From a virus: a DNA stretch of 64,000 nucleotides. Below the pieces are notes generated by a model that was not told where the DNA came from, made no database searches, and saw only the letters and a program-made list of their open reading frames with translations. Positions 21,387-30,537 of the stretch are shown here, piece by piece. The stretch lies in IMG/VR virus record IMGVR_UViG_3300024503_000332; one strand, 5' to 3'. Every line of letters begins with the position of its first letter. Position 1 is the stretch's first letter. The translations under genes and the position numbers were made by a program.

Positions 21387-22394
21387 GGCTTGCTGATGTA
21401 GAGCAAAACTAGCTAGATTTTTAGCTTTGCTCTCACACATAATATCAAAGCTGTCTCGGAAACTCAGAGCCCATTCATTAACTGCTGTATTCCAGTAGAA
21501 GTTAGAGTGAGCTCTGAGTTTCGCTTTTTTGTAACCTTCGGAAAGTAGTTTGTGATAGTCGGGCAATGTTTGATCGCAATGATCTACGAGAACATCTTCA
21601 CGACTAATAGAATAATGCATGACAGGCCTAACACCCCGCCAGCTCTCAACCACCATTTGAACACGCGAGTCCATGGGTTGTATATATTCCCCGCTATGTA
21701 CCCAATGGTGATGTACATCCATAACCACAGGAACGATATCGCTAATACTAAGGCAAGTTTCAAGTCCATGCGTCATTTCCTCATTTTCGATAGTGATAGT
21801 GTTACGTGCTTCGGGTGTTAAGCGGCCCAATACAGCACGTATTCCATCGGGGCCTCGTCGACCCGCGATATGAACGTTGATTTTAAAGTCCTGAAACGTT
21901 TGGCCAAATCCCATCCAGCGAGCCATGTCCACATGATATTCAAACTCCTCTATAGATCGGCTGACAATATCATCGTTATCACTTGCCAGCACAGTAAACT
22001 GACCAGGATGAAAACTGAGCCTAACACGATTCTTGCGAGCCAAATCACCGACGGCTCTGAAATGTCTTTCGGCGTAATCTCGCACATCGGGAGTCCGCCA
22101 AAACCAAGACCAGCTTGGCTCAGTGTACACAGGAAGTATATCGCTGCTGAGTCGTACCATTCTAAGATCTTCATCAAGTGCTCCTACACGTTCTACAAGA
22201 AGACGTGTGGACTCAATGTTTTGTTTCATGAGAGACCATAGTTTATCTACAGCCACGTCCTTGGTTTGTCTATTTAACCAAGCTACGGTAGTAGTTCCGG
22301 TGTTGTAGATCTTGCACTCATCTTTAGGCTTAATGCCATCTACCTGATGAGGGTGATCGATCCATTTGCAAGCGAAGCCAATACGTTTAGTCAT
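21369..22394 (-). CDS. uvsE: UV damage endonuclease
   Basis: RIGFACK, RLSSD, RLSFHPGQF, ITIENEE, DVHHH, HS, DIMCESKAKN. Start moved to ATG 22394 because the upstream extension is the promoter. Confidence 0.9.
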   Translation of the reverse strand: MTKRIGFACKWIDHPHQVDGIKPKDECKIYNTGTTTVAWLNRQTKDVAVDKLWSLMKQNIESTRLLVERVGALDEDLRMVRLSSDILPVYTEPSWSWFWRTPDVRDYAERHFRAVGDLARKNRVRLSFHPGQFTVLASDNDDIVSRSIEEFEYHVDMARWMGFGQTFQDFKINVHIAGRRGPDGIRAVLGRLTPEARNTITIENEEMTHGLETCLSISDIVPVVMDVHHHWVHSGEYIQPMDSRVQMVVESWRGVRPVMHYSISREDVLVDHCDQTLPDYHKLLSEGYKKAKLRAHSNFYWNTAVNEWALSFRDSFDIMCESKAKNLASFALHQQALRLGL

Positions 22395-22400
22395 AGTATT

Positions 22401-22430
22401 ATTATACAATAAATCAACGCCAGTTGTCAA
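22401..22430 (-). promoter_or_regulatory. sigma70-type promoter for uvsE (probably leaderless mRNA)
   Basis: TTGACA-18nt-TATAAT with TG in the spacer; ATG 6 nt after the -10 box. Confidence 0.75.
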
Positions 22431-23100
22431 TGATGAAAGGATCCATTACATCTTCTGGTTTTGGATCTCCGTGGAATACTAATACGCTACATTGTGCAGG
22501 TATAGCGATGTCTTTTACTTCTTTGAATACACGTTTGGCGTTTATATAGACTAGCTCTTCTTTGGTTCTTATTTCCCATTTATAGCTCATGATCCATTCT
22601 AATGGCCAATATTTGATATAAGACTTAGATATGCTGTAGATCCAATCTTGATCCCCGGGCATAGACAATGCTTCTCCGGGATTTTCTTTAAACTTTGCCC
22701 ATATGATAGACTGTGATCCTTTAGTCCAACTCATTACTGAACTGTTTAACACACACCAGTCCTTATGGAATGCTCGGTTGAAGTCTCTTATTCCATAAAA
22801 ATCTTCGCCGCCAAGTAACTTTTCTATGTTACCACAGACTACAACATCGAGATCAAAATAAAGTATGCGGCCTTGTATGTCCAACGACGGATCGAACATA
22901 TGAACTTTATGCCACCAACCTTTGGCATATCCGGCATTTGATTGCACTATCAGTCTTACACCTTCGATGGGTTCGGGATCGTCCGTTAGGCAAACAAAAT
23001 CGTAAGGTATCGTAATATGTCGAGAGACCATATTTCTCAATCTCTCGACATATTCTTTTCCGTATTTGTTTCCAAATCTAACGCAGAGTATAGTTACCAA
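22414..23100 (-). CDS. glycosyltransferase (GT-A fold)
   Basis: FVCLTDD, WWHK, LYFDLDVV (DxD), NSSVM, GDQDWI, VFHGDPKP. Confidence 0.8.
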   Translation of the reverse strand: MVTILCVRFGNKYGKEYVERLRNMVSRHITIPYDFVCLTDDPEPIEGVRLIVQSNAGYAKGWWHKVHMFDPSLDIQGRILYFDLDVVVCGNIEKLLGGEDFYGIRDFNRAFHKDWCVLNSSVMSWTKGSQSIIWAKFKENPGEALSMPGDQDWIYSISKSYIKYWPLEWIMSYKWEIRTKEELVYINAKRVFKEVKDIAIPAQCSVLVFHGDPKPEDVMDPFIIDNWR

Positions 23101-23252
23101 TGTCGTATCACTCCTGCTACAATAAAAATATTAGTGATAATGTAGATCAGGATGATTACAGTACGGACAAGTGCTATTTTATCAGCTTCCTGATCATTAG
23201 CACCTGCCTTTTCACCTAGGGCCTTTGCCCATAGTCTCCATATGTTACGCAT
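23094..23252 (-). CDS. 52-aa membrane protein (not in ORF track)
   Basis: MRNIWRLWAKALGEKAG...IILIYIITNIFIVAGVIRHW*; overlaps both neighbours. Confidence 0.7.
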   Translation of the reverse strand: MRNIWRLWAKALGEKAGANDQEADKIALVRTVIILIYIITNIFIVAGVIRHW

Positions 23253-23787
23253 CACCCTCATAGATCGCTGAGTTTCCTGCGTGTTCGAAAACTTCTACAC
23301 TTCTCAGTTTTACACCTTGTCCAACCGGATATCTGGCAGTGAAAGTATTTTTAGGTCCTTGAGTACCGTGCAGTATCCAATGATCACCTCTCTGAAAGGT
23401 CTTAAGAATATCATCCATGGTCTTGTATGCGAGTTCTGCAAACTTTTCACAACCTACAGCTTCGACAACTCGTAGGTCACACATACCTCCTTGGTCCTGC
23501 AATCCATATGCCGCCATGCCTCGGAAAATATCTAGATAAGGGTCGTCTTGTGCGATAATCAGAGTATGATCAAACATATGTTCTGACCATTCTTTAAATG
23601 CTTTAAGACCGCCGAAGTCCATTACCCAGTTACGATCATCTAGTGTTTCTGATTCAAATATTAGTTTGATACCGATAGAATAACCGTGGAGCAATGAACA
23701 ATGACTATGGGTGCTACGCCATTGTCTGAAACAACAACTGAGCCCTCTGTCGTTGCCGTATGTTTTAGTTGAAATATATTTCGCCAT
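23245..23787 (-). CDS. queD: 6-pyruvoyl tetrahydropterin synthase / QueD family
   Basis: HCSLLHGY, DFGGLK, FDHT, CEKFAE, VEVFEH; AGGAGG SD before ATG 23787. Confidence 0.85.
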   Translation of the reverse strand: MAKYISTKTYGNDRGLSCCFRQWRSTHSHCSLLHGYSIGIKLIFESETLDDRNWVMDFGGLKAFKEWSEHMFDHTLIIAQDDPYLDIFRGMAAYGLQDQGGMCDLRVVEAVGCEKFAELAYKTMDDILKTFQRGDHWILHGTQGPKNTFTARYPVGQGVKLRSVEVFEHAGNSAIYEGDA

Positions 23788-23822
23788 CTCTTGCCTCCTG
23801 TAAAAATAAGCGAGTAAGTTTG

Positions 23823-23870
23823 ATGACACGCAGAGTATTTAGAGAGGGGTGAGCGTCATTCGAGTCCTCT
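23823..23870 (-). promoter_or_regulatory. candidate preQ1-I-like riboswitch/pseudoknot in the queD leader
   Basis: AGAGG-ACUCGAAUGACGCUCACC-CCUCU-CUAAAUACUCU-GCGUGUCAU: P1 stem, loop ending CACC, A-rich linker, loop-tail pairing. Confidence 0.5.
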
Positions 23871-23889
23871 TTGTGTATGTGTGTTTATT

Positions 23890-23918
23890 AATATACTATT
23901 TTTAGTTACCTTTGTCAA
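23890..23918 (-). promoter_or_regulatory. sigma70-type promoter upstream of queD
   Basis: TTGACA-17nt-TATATT. Confidence 0.6.
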
Positions 23919-24513
23919 CCACAAAATCATTTATGTTCTGGAAATGTACATGGTCATGTCGCCATTCTTCTGGTATTTTCCAACCTTCATTATTCAGTAC
24001 TGTGAACTCTACGAACGGATTGATTTTGAAGATCATTCCTATTTGATAAATCCAATATGCTGGATCGACTGCATCGGCAGTCTCTGGAAGATAATGTTGT
24101 GTGCCTTTGTAGATGTTATTGATTTTTCCATTAGATGGATACAAGTCAAAACCTGCTAATACTATTTTTGGAAATCCAAGTTCAGTAGCCAACAATACAG
24201 CATAAGGACCACTACCCCAATGCTCGGCACGATCTTGTTTTTGTGTGCCTACATATGGAATATTCGGAAGAGGTTTGAATATTTCAACACGATTGAGCGC
24301 GACCATGTTTTGTGGTCTAACAAATATCCCTACTCGATGTTGATTAATGCGACTAGCTTCTTGTGCCATACGGACATCGCAGCATACAACATAGTCCATT
24401 GGATGGTCGCGGACGATGGCATTACAACCGATCGTAGTGAAATGGTTTGAAAGATTTTCAATGTCAAGGCTTTTACGGCTCTCACCGTTGCCTAATACCA
24501 ATGCTTGCAACAC
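23902..24513 (-). CDS. MptE/MAF_flag10/GT29-like nucleotide-binding protein
   Basis: LVLGNGESR, IGCNA, WGSGPYAV, LAGFDL motifs. Confidence 0.6.
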   Translation of the reverse strand: MLQALVLGNGESRKSLDIENLSNHFTTIGCNAIVRDHPMDYVVCCDVRMAQEASRINQHRVGIFVRPQNMVALNRVEIFKPLPNIPYVGTQKQDRAEHWGSGPYAVLLATELGFPKIVLAGFDLYPSNGKINNIYKGTQHYLPETADAVDPAYWIYQIGMIFKINPFVEFTVLNNEGWKIPEEWRHDHVHFQNINDFVVDKGN

Positions 24514-25341
24514 TTATTTTATTTCGCCGAATGGTTTCCATTGTCCCGGAGTTCCGCCTTGCACACAGACCCAACCCATATAGGATCCTGTTGCAGGTTC
24601 CGAGTTCCATACGACATCTCCTCTATTGTATGTACCATCAATAGGGAAAGTGTTATCTTTAAAGTGAGCGACACCGTTGAATTTGATTGGCCCTGCAGCA
24701 TCGAGGCTCATACGAGAATCGATATTATTAACACCGATACCTACAGCACCATGTACTTTGACTTTTATAGGACCACTTTGTTTGTTTCCTAGATCGATAT
24801 TTCCATTAGCACCAACAGTGATTCTTGTTTTGTTATCAGTGACTATGCTAAGATCACTGCTGTTATATGTTCCGATAAGGCCGTTAACAAAGTCTTGGCT
24901 TCCAATAACGATTTCTGTTTGACCGTCAGCTACTGTAAATGTAGCGTGGGGAGTTTCTGTTCCGATGCTAAGACTGTCTAGTCCTGCATTATAGAACATG
25001 TATTGGTTGACACTAAACGAACCGTCAACATCGAGATTTTTTAATCTACCAACTTCTCGAAGATTACTCTTAACGACATTTTTACCTAGTCCGTTTTGAT
25101 TTATAACTTCAATGCCGTTTATGTTTAGACTTTTACCTTCTGCTAGTTCTAGAGTTTCTGATAAAAATATTCTATCGGGATTGCTTCTAAACACTAACTG
25201 CTTATTGTAATCGTCTCTTAGCCAAAGTATACCTTTGTTTTCGATATCCTCAAACTCTATGAAGTCGTTGACTATTGTGGCCTTTGTCGAAACAAGGTCC
25301 TTGATTTGTTGTACTACTGAATCTACTTTATCGTTGGCCAT
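24514..25341 (-). CDS. putative structural/tail-associated protein (paralogue of next gene)
   Basis: Shares NPDR.F.SE.L.L, VVKSNL..GRL and GDV.WN..P..G.Y.GWVC...G.PG.W.PFG.I with 25343-26149. Confidence 0.6.
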   Translation of the reverse strand: MANDKVDSVVQQIKDLVSTKATIVNDFIEFEDIENKGILWLRDDYNKQLVFRSNPDRIFLSETLELAEGKSLNINGIEVINQNGLGKNVVKSNLREVGRLKNLDVDGSFSVNQYMFYNAGLDSLSIGTETPHATFTVADGQTEIVIGSQDFVNGLIGTYNSSDLSIVTDNKTRITVGANGNIDLGNKQSGPIKVKVHGAVGIGVNNIDSRMSLDAAGPIKFNGVAHFKDNTFPIDGTYNRGDVVWNSEPATGSYMGWVCVQGGTPGQWKPFGEIK

Positions 25342-25342
25342 A

Positions 25343-26149
25343 TTATTGATTTCCAATCTTACCAAATGGTTCCCAACGTCCGGGATTTCCTGAGGTAATA
25401 CATACCCAACCGACGTATGAACCTTCTCTAGGTTGTGTATTCCATATTACATCACCTACACCATGTATACCTGACGTAGGCGGAGCATTATTATATCGAT
25501 GTACTCTGCCTTCGTATTTTATAGCACCGGCAACATGAAGATCAACATCTGTATCCGGATTAGCGACTCCAACAGCTAGTTTTCCATTTACTATTACTTG
25601 TACTGGTTCTTCGTTTGGGCTACCGAAAGAGACGTTTCCTTTTTCATCTATCAGTATTCGTGTTGTCGACAAAGTACCAATAGAAAGGGGACCTGAGCTC
25701 GTTCCAATGCGTCCAGGGTTTAAGTTTAGGTCTGCTCCTGATTCTTCTAAGGTTATGAATCCTTTAGGATCACTGGTTCCTAGACCTACTTTTTTATTAA
25801 CATTATCAAAGTAAACAAACTGATCCAACACTACTGGACCGTCAACTATTAGTCCAGTTAATCTTCCTAGCTGTTCTAGATTGCTTTTAACTACGTTATC
25901 GCCCAGCGAATCTGCAGATAACACTGGAGTGCCATTTATTGAGAAAACTTTATCTTTTCCTAGATCAAGGCTTTCTGTAGACAGAAAACGATCTGGGTTT
26001 ACTGTGAATAAGAACTGTTTTGTAGGTCCGTCGCCGGCCCAAACAAAACCTTTTCCGACGATATCTCCGTCGAAAGTTTTATGGTCAGTTAATAGCTCAC
26101 GCAACGACTTCGCTAGGTCTTCCATTTGTTTAGACATATTGGGTTCCAA
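25343..26149 (-). CDS. putative structural/tail-associated protein
   Basis: Paralogue of 24514-25341; TAAATA upstream. Confidence 0.6.
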   Translation of the reverse strand: MEPNMSKQMEDLAKSLRELLTDHKTFDGDIVGKGFVWAGDGPTKQFLFTVNPDRFLSTESLDLGKDKVFSINGTPVLSADSLGDNVVKSNLEQLGRLTGLIVDGPVVLDQFVYFDNVNKKVGLGTSDPKGFITLEESGADLNLNPGRIGTSSGPLSIGTLSTTRILIDEKGNVSFGSPNEEPVQVIVNGKLAVGVANPDTDVDLHVAGAIKYEGRVHRYNNAPPTSGIHGVGDVIWNTQPREGSYVGWVCITSGNPGRWEPFGKIGNQ

Positions 26150-26177
26150 ATACTTATTAGATATTTATCCCCAAAAG

Positions 26178-26203
26178 AAAAAGCAGGCCGAAGCCTGCTT
26201 TTT
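26178..26203 (-). terminator. intrinsic terminator
   Basis: GCAGGC-UUCG-GCCUGC followed by a U-tract, just after the 26221 stop. Confidence 0.85.
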
Positions 26204-26220
26204 ACTGAGCCATTACTTTG

Positions 26221-27432
26221 TTATTGTACTTTAAGCAATACAGTATCTTCATTAATGCGCCCGTTGAGCTTGATATCTACTGCTTTAATGTCTTCTAAGA
26301 ACTTACGCAGAGCTACTTTTCCTGAACTCTTAAACTCTTTAAGTTGTTCATCGGGCTTGCGCAGAGTTTTTTGTACGCTCTTGTTCTCGTCAAACCCAAT
26401 CAATGTAGTTCCTTTTACACGGATATCGTTGTAGGCAGCAGCCACATACTTTCCTAGCTTACGAGTTTTGGTGTTATAGACCCACACTTCTTGTGATCCA
26501 ATGATGTCCGCAGGATTGATAGACACTAGTTTGAGCTGGTCGTCGGTCTTTTTGTACTTCAACTTAGCAACAAGTTTGTCTTTGCTAACAGCTTTCTTAG
26601 CACGTGGTTTGCGATTGACTTTACCTTCTTGCTGTAGCATTTCGCAGGCACTAAGGATTTCATGATAGAAATCGTAGAGCTTCTTGAGATTCTTTTTACC
26701 TAGCCAAGCATAACCTTCTTTAAGCTGATCGTCTTTGCCCTCGATAGCTTCTGCTACTTCGTCATGAGCACGTTGATACAAATCCTTAATAACTCGAGCA
26801 TGTGCCCCTTTGCATTCGCGACCTTTGAGCAGATTAACGATCTTGATGGCTTTAGGATCAAAGCTATCCGGATCTAGTAAGAAGCTTTCGTGAGCATCTT
26901 CGATTTCTGTAGTCATAGCGTAGGCAGCTTCACGAAGTCGATCTTGGATAGAAAGCACAACTCCAGTATCTTTTTTCTCAGTAACTTCTTCCTCTTCTTT
27001 GATAGTCTTACCACGTTCGATGGCGTCAGCGATACGTTCACGGAGAAATATAGTTACAGGTTTGAGCTCGCCCATGGTTCCGGGAAGTTCTTCCCAATGT
27101 TTGGCTTCTTTTTCGTTAAGATCGGGCATACCGGTGCGCAGACAACGAGCGATGATAGCAGCCTGCGTGAGGTTGAATCCGCCTGATTGTTTGATATATT
27201 TGATATCTTCTGCGCTATACTTGTTTTCTTTCATCCAAGCATAGACATCTGGCAGGAGATCTGCTGTTTTGTATTCAGCATAGTAATAGGCTACAGCATT
27301 ACGACGGAAGCGATGATACTCCTCACCGGTCATCTTTTCCCAATCAGCCCACTTCGGATCAGGATTCGCACCGCGGCGAGTACCTGCCGAAACAGAAACT
27401 TTCTTGGGTTTTGCTTTAGTCACAGCCATCAC
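26221..27432 (-). CDS. phage hypothetical protein (403 aa, basic C-terminal domain)
   Basis: Long ORF with AGGAG SD, its own promoter and terminator. Confidence 0.8.
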   Translation of the reverse strand: MMAVTKAKPKKVSVSAGTRRGANPDPKWADWEKMTGEEYHRFRRNAVAYYYAEYKTADLLPDVYAWMKENKYSAEDIKYIKQSGGFNLTQAAIIARCLRTGMPDLNEKEAKHWEELPGTMGELKPVTIFLRERIADAIERGKTIKEEEEVTEKKDTGVVLSIQDRLREAAYAMTTEIEDAHESFLLDPDSFDPKAIKIVNLLKGRECKGAHARVIKDLYQRAHDEVAEAIEGKDDQLKEGYAWLGKKNLKKLYDFYHEILSACEMLQQEGKVNRKPRAKKAVSKDKLVAKLKYKKTDDQLKLVSINPADIIGSQEVWVYNTKTRKLGKYVAAAYNDIRVKGTTLIGFDENKSVQKTLRKPDEQLKEFKSSGKVALRKFLEDIKAVDIKLNGRINEDTVLLKVQ

Positions 27433-27462
27433 ATGCTCCTATGTAAGTTAAACAATACATAT

Positions 27463-27491
27463 ATTATACGGCCAAAAAAGAGATTTGTCAA
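27463..27491 (-). promoter_or_regulatory. sigma70 consensus promoter
   Basis: TTGACA-17nt-TATAAT. Confidence 0.85.
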
Positions 27492-27493
27492 CC

Positions 27494-27682
27494 TTATTCA
27501 AATCGTTCTACTTCGTCCAAATCGCCGTCTTCATTTTCTTTATATATGATAGTTTGGATATAATCGGTTCCAATACTATCTTCGGCTAACTTAACCGCTT
27601 CTTTTCTACTGCTAGTCGTTTCGATCAACTCTTCGTGACCCCGTTCGTCGACTCCCCAAACTTCATAGAGTTCGAAGTTCAT
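27494..27682 (-). CDS. hypothetical protein
   Basis: 62-aa acidic ORF with AGGAG upstream. Confidence 0.65.
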   Translation of the reverse strand: MNFELYEVWGVDERGHEELIETTSSRKEAVKLAEDSIGTDYIQTIIYKENEDGDLDEVERFE

Positions 27683-27706
27683 TTTATTGCCATTTCTCCT
27701 ATTAGG

Positions 27707-28255
27707 TTAAACAAACTTTTTCCAATCTCCATCAGGCGCAACTGCCCAACCAAGACGTTGGAGATCATTCCGGATCTCGTCGGTTATGCACCCTTCTGCA
27801 ACATAGTTTCTACCATCCCAAAGTTTGTTCTCTTCTTCATCATGTGATACATCACGAATACCAGAACAATACCAATCGATATAATCACCTTTCTGTTGCA
27901 TGTCGGCGATTATGCCACCAGCATATCGCCAAGAGCAACTCCATTCTTCTTGTTTGAGCACAGGTATAACTTCCAAACGGATAAAGCCATTGTTGCACAT
28001 TGCCGCATATAAGTTTTGAGCGTAGGCATCATTGTTTCGAGCTTTCTCCAAAATCCAATCAGTAGTCACAAGATCGTACTCCAAATTGTTAATACGAGAT
28101 TCTGGATCGTCAAACTTGCGGTTGTCATCATCTAGGATTTTTTGAAAGTAATCTAGATACGCTTCGTTAGGCTCTTCGCCTTTTTCTTCCATGCGTTTGA
28201 TATAACCTTCTTTTTGGAAAGTATGTCTTTCAGGGCTTTTTGAAACCTTTGACAT
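27707..28255 (-). CDS. hypothetical protein
   Basis: 182 aa; YAQNLYAAMCNN, WSCSWR, DYIDWYCSG motifs. Confidence 0.75.
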   Translation of the reverse strand: MSKVSKSPERHTFQKEGYIKRMEEKGEEPNEAYLDYFQKILDDDNRKFDDPESRINNLEYDLVTTDWILEKARNNDAYAQNLYAAMCNNGFIRLEVIPVLKQEEWSCSWRYAGGIIADMQQKGDYIDWYCSGIRDVSHDEEENKLWDGRNYVAEGCITDEIRNDLQRLGWAVAPDGDWKKFV

Positions 28256-28643
28256 CTTCTACGGCTTTCTTAAGAGTTTCTGCATAGTTAAGAGCTTGTT
28301 GCTCAGTCATAGCGATAGTAGTTTCACACTGCACGTATCCTTTAGTCCAGATTCTCCATGTAAGGCGAAGTCTAGTTACAAGGCCATTCCAGAGATCTTT
28401 CCAGAACCAATCAAACTCTTGTTGCCAAGGACTATCGATATCATAACGCTTTTTAACTGATTCAGTCCAATAATCAGTCTTAGCGGTAACATAGGTGTTG
28501 ACATTGACACCGGTTTCGTCTGCTTCTACTTCTACAGTTAGAGAATGATCGGGCTGACCACAGCCACAGACGACGCTGTACCATTTTGAATCACCCCAAT
28601 CGTGGGTTTTCAAGATTCCTTCTGCTGGTTCTTGTGCTTTCAT
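28230..28643 (-). CDS. hypothetical protein
   Basis: 137 aa; CGC..H motif; coupled to neighbours. Confidence 0.7.
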   Translation of the reverse strand: MKAQEPAEGILKTHDWGDSKWYSVVCGCGQPDHSLTVEVEADETGVNVNTYVTAKTDYWTESVKKRYDIDSPWQQEFDWFWKDLWNGLVTRLRLTWRIWTKGYVQCETTIAMTEQQALNYAETLKKAVEDVKGFKKP

Positions 28644-28888
28644 TGTAGTGTCCTATCGTTGCCTTTACCAAAGGCACGAACTAATCTTTCTCTATCATCG
28701 TCATCCATCTCGTCGAAATCTTCTTCGGTTAAAGGACGACCGATGCTTTCTAGTTCTTCTTTGGTCTTACCTTCAAACATATTTTTGATTTCGTTTATGA
28801 ACTCATCGAGTTCTTCTTGTGTCCCCTCGAATCCGTCGAAAGCACCTGGTGCAAACTCGACTTTCAGGATTTTCTTTTCTTCAGTCAT
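28640..28888 (-). CDS. hypothetical acidic protein
   Basis: 82-aa ORF with ATGA overlap. Confidence 0.7.
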   Translation of the reverse strand: MTEEKKILKVEFAPGAFDGFEGTQEELDEFINEIKNMFEGKTKEELESIGRPLTEEDFDEMDDDDRERLVRAFGKGNDRTLQ

Positions 28889-29107
28889 TTATGCTTCTAT
28901 CCTTTTAACTTTGTCACGCGAGTCGTAGATTGATTTAACCATGCGTTGGTATTCATCTTCGTCCAAGATTGTCCGGTAGTATGTAAGTCCTTGCGTAACC
29001 ATAATGGCTGCTACTTCTAATGGGCTATGATCTTCCATCATGAGAGTATTAAAAGACATAAACTTCTCATAAAGACTTTCTAGACTACCATCGCGTTCTG
29101 TCAGCAT
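28889..29107 (-). CDS. hypothetical protein
   Basis: Likely start MLTERD at 29107, after AAGGA. Confidence 0.6.
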   Translation of the reverse strand: MLTERDGSLESLYEKFMSFNTLMMEDHSPLEVAAIMVTQGLTYYRTILDEDEYQRMVKSIYDSRDKVKRIEA

Positions 29108-29270
29108 TGTTGTTCCTTTGATGTTTGTATTCTCTCTTGAGCCACCATTTAAACTTCTGGAAATATTCTTCATATGTGTATTTAGGTATCCTGGATTCAA
29201 AATGCTCGTCGCAGTTATCTAACCAAAGGTTTCTAACCCAGTTCCTAAATGGTGAAGATTTCATGTCCAT
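29085..29270 (-). CDS. hypothetical protein
   Basis: 61-aa ORF filling the gap between neighbours. Confidence 0.6.
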   Translation of the reverse strand: MDMKSSPFRNWVRNLWLDNCDEHFESRIPKYTYEEYFQKFKWWLKREYKHQRNNNADRTRW

Positions 29271-30076
29271 AGTGATTGACGTATTTTAATAAGACGAATC
29301 ATCATTTCTTCGTCTTCGTTCTCATATTGTAGTTCCAGTTTGTTGATTGTGTCAAGAGCTTTTCGTGATTCGGTTTTTTCTTTTTTAGTTTCGTCTTCTG
29401 GAAATATTTCGTCTGGATACTGTTTACGGCGACGTTCGCAGATATCATGCCAACCAGAAACTTCATAAGGATCCGGACGCTTTGGGCGTTCGTACTTCCA
29501 CCACTTATAAAGGATTTCGATTTCCTTAGCAGCTTCTGCCTGTGCAGTAGGTACAGCTTCGTGCTTCTTATCCTCGTCCAAAAACTCTGCATTGGTCAGG
29601 GTTTTAGCCCAAGCACAGTAGGCCATAGCGGCTTCTTCCGAACGCCAGTTACGATACCATCGGCGCCACCAAGGATAGCTATACTTCTTGCGAGCTTCGC
29701 TGTCCCATACACAGTAGTTCCATGCTAGTTCCACTTCAACAAAATCAACCAGCTCATTGAATAAGCAAGGCAAAAAGCGGTTCCCCACGTCTTGCCAGCT
29801 GCCAGGTTTAATATCCCTGGGATGAGCGGTAAGAGCATGAGTGCGAGTAACAAAGCGGTTGTTAATGTAGTATCGAACATCGTTAATCCTATCAGGAATC
29901 CACATCCAAACGTCCTGGATGTAGTCAAGCCCTTCCTCTGCTAACCAATAGCGGAAAGGGTGTTTTTCTTTGGAGGCACGTTTCCACTGAGCCCATCCTT
30001 TAGATGTCTCAGCTGTAGGTTTATTTGAACCACGCAACCAATCTGCGAATCGTGAACAAGTCCAATAGTTTCTCAT
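29261..30076 (-). CDS. hypothetical Trp-rich protein
   Basis: 271-aa ORF after a consensus promoter; ends EMMIRLIKIRQSLWT. Confidence 0.75.
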   Translation of the reverse strand: MRNYWTCSRFADWLRGSNKPTAETSKGWAQWKRASKEKHPFRYWLAEEGLDYIQDVWMWIPDRINDVRYYINNRFVTRTHALTAHPRDIKPGSWQDVGNRFLPCLFNELVDFVEVELAWNYCVWDSEARKKYSYPWWRRWYRNWRSEEAAMAYCAWAKTLTNAEFLDEDKKHEAVPTAQAEAAKEIEILYKWWKYERPKRPDPYEVSGWHDICERRRKQYPDEIFPEDETKKEKTESRKALDTINKLELQYENEDEEMMIRLIKIRQSLWT

Positions 30077-30103
30077 AGTCTTTTCTCTTAGCTGAACAAC
30101 TTA

Positions 30104-30132
30104 ATTATATGATAAAACAAAAAACTTGTCAA
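30104..30132 (-). promoter_or_regulatory. sigma70 consensus promoter
   Basis: TTGACA-17nt-TATAAT. Confidence 0.85.
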
Positions 30133-30149
30133 GATGGTTCAAAAACGAA

Positions 30150-30536
30150 TCAAAACTTTTTTTGGTATCCTGCTAGATTGAGCATGATAGAATACTGTTC
30201 ATAGGCTTTTTGGACTGCGGCATTTTGATGTCTGATAGTAGCTTCTTCCCGTTCTTTGCTCATTAGCATATCAAAGAAGTCAACTTCATGTTTAGTGTGC
30301 TGTTGCCATTTAAAAAACCTCTTCTCGAGTTCTATCAAGGTTCTTAAACGACTTTCAGGTATTTCTAGTGTGAACACACGTTCAGTTTCGTATTCCACTA
30401 CATCATTTCTAATAATACTGGCGTTCTCAGGTTCAGTAAAAAACCGGGGAGGATGGTACCTCGCCCGGCGCTTAGTGTCATTGAGAACCCTAACTTCGTA
30501 GTTCTTGCAGAACTCGTCTAGGTGTTCTTTTTCCAC
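30150..30536 (-). CDS. hypothetical protein
   Basis: 128-aa ORF; AVQKAYEQYSIMLNL C-terminus. Confidence 0.7.
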   Translation of the reverse strand: MEKEHLDEFCKNYEVRVLNDTKRRARYHPPRFFTEPENASIIRNDVVEYETERVFTLEIPESRLRTLIELEKRFFKWQQHTKHEVDFFDMLMSKEREEATIRHQNAAVQKAYEQYSIMLNLAGYQKKF

Positions 30537-30537
30537 A

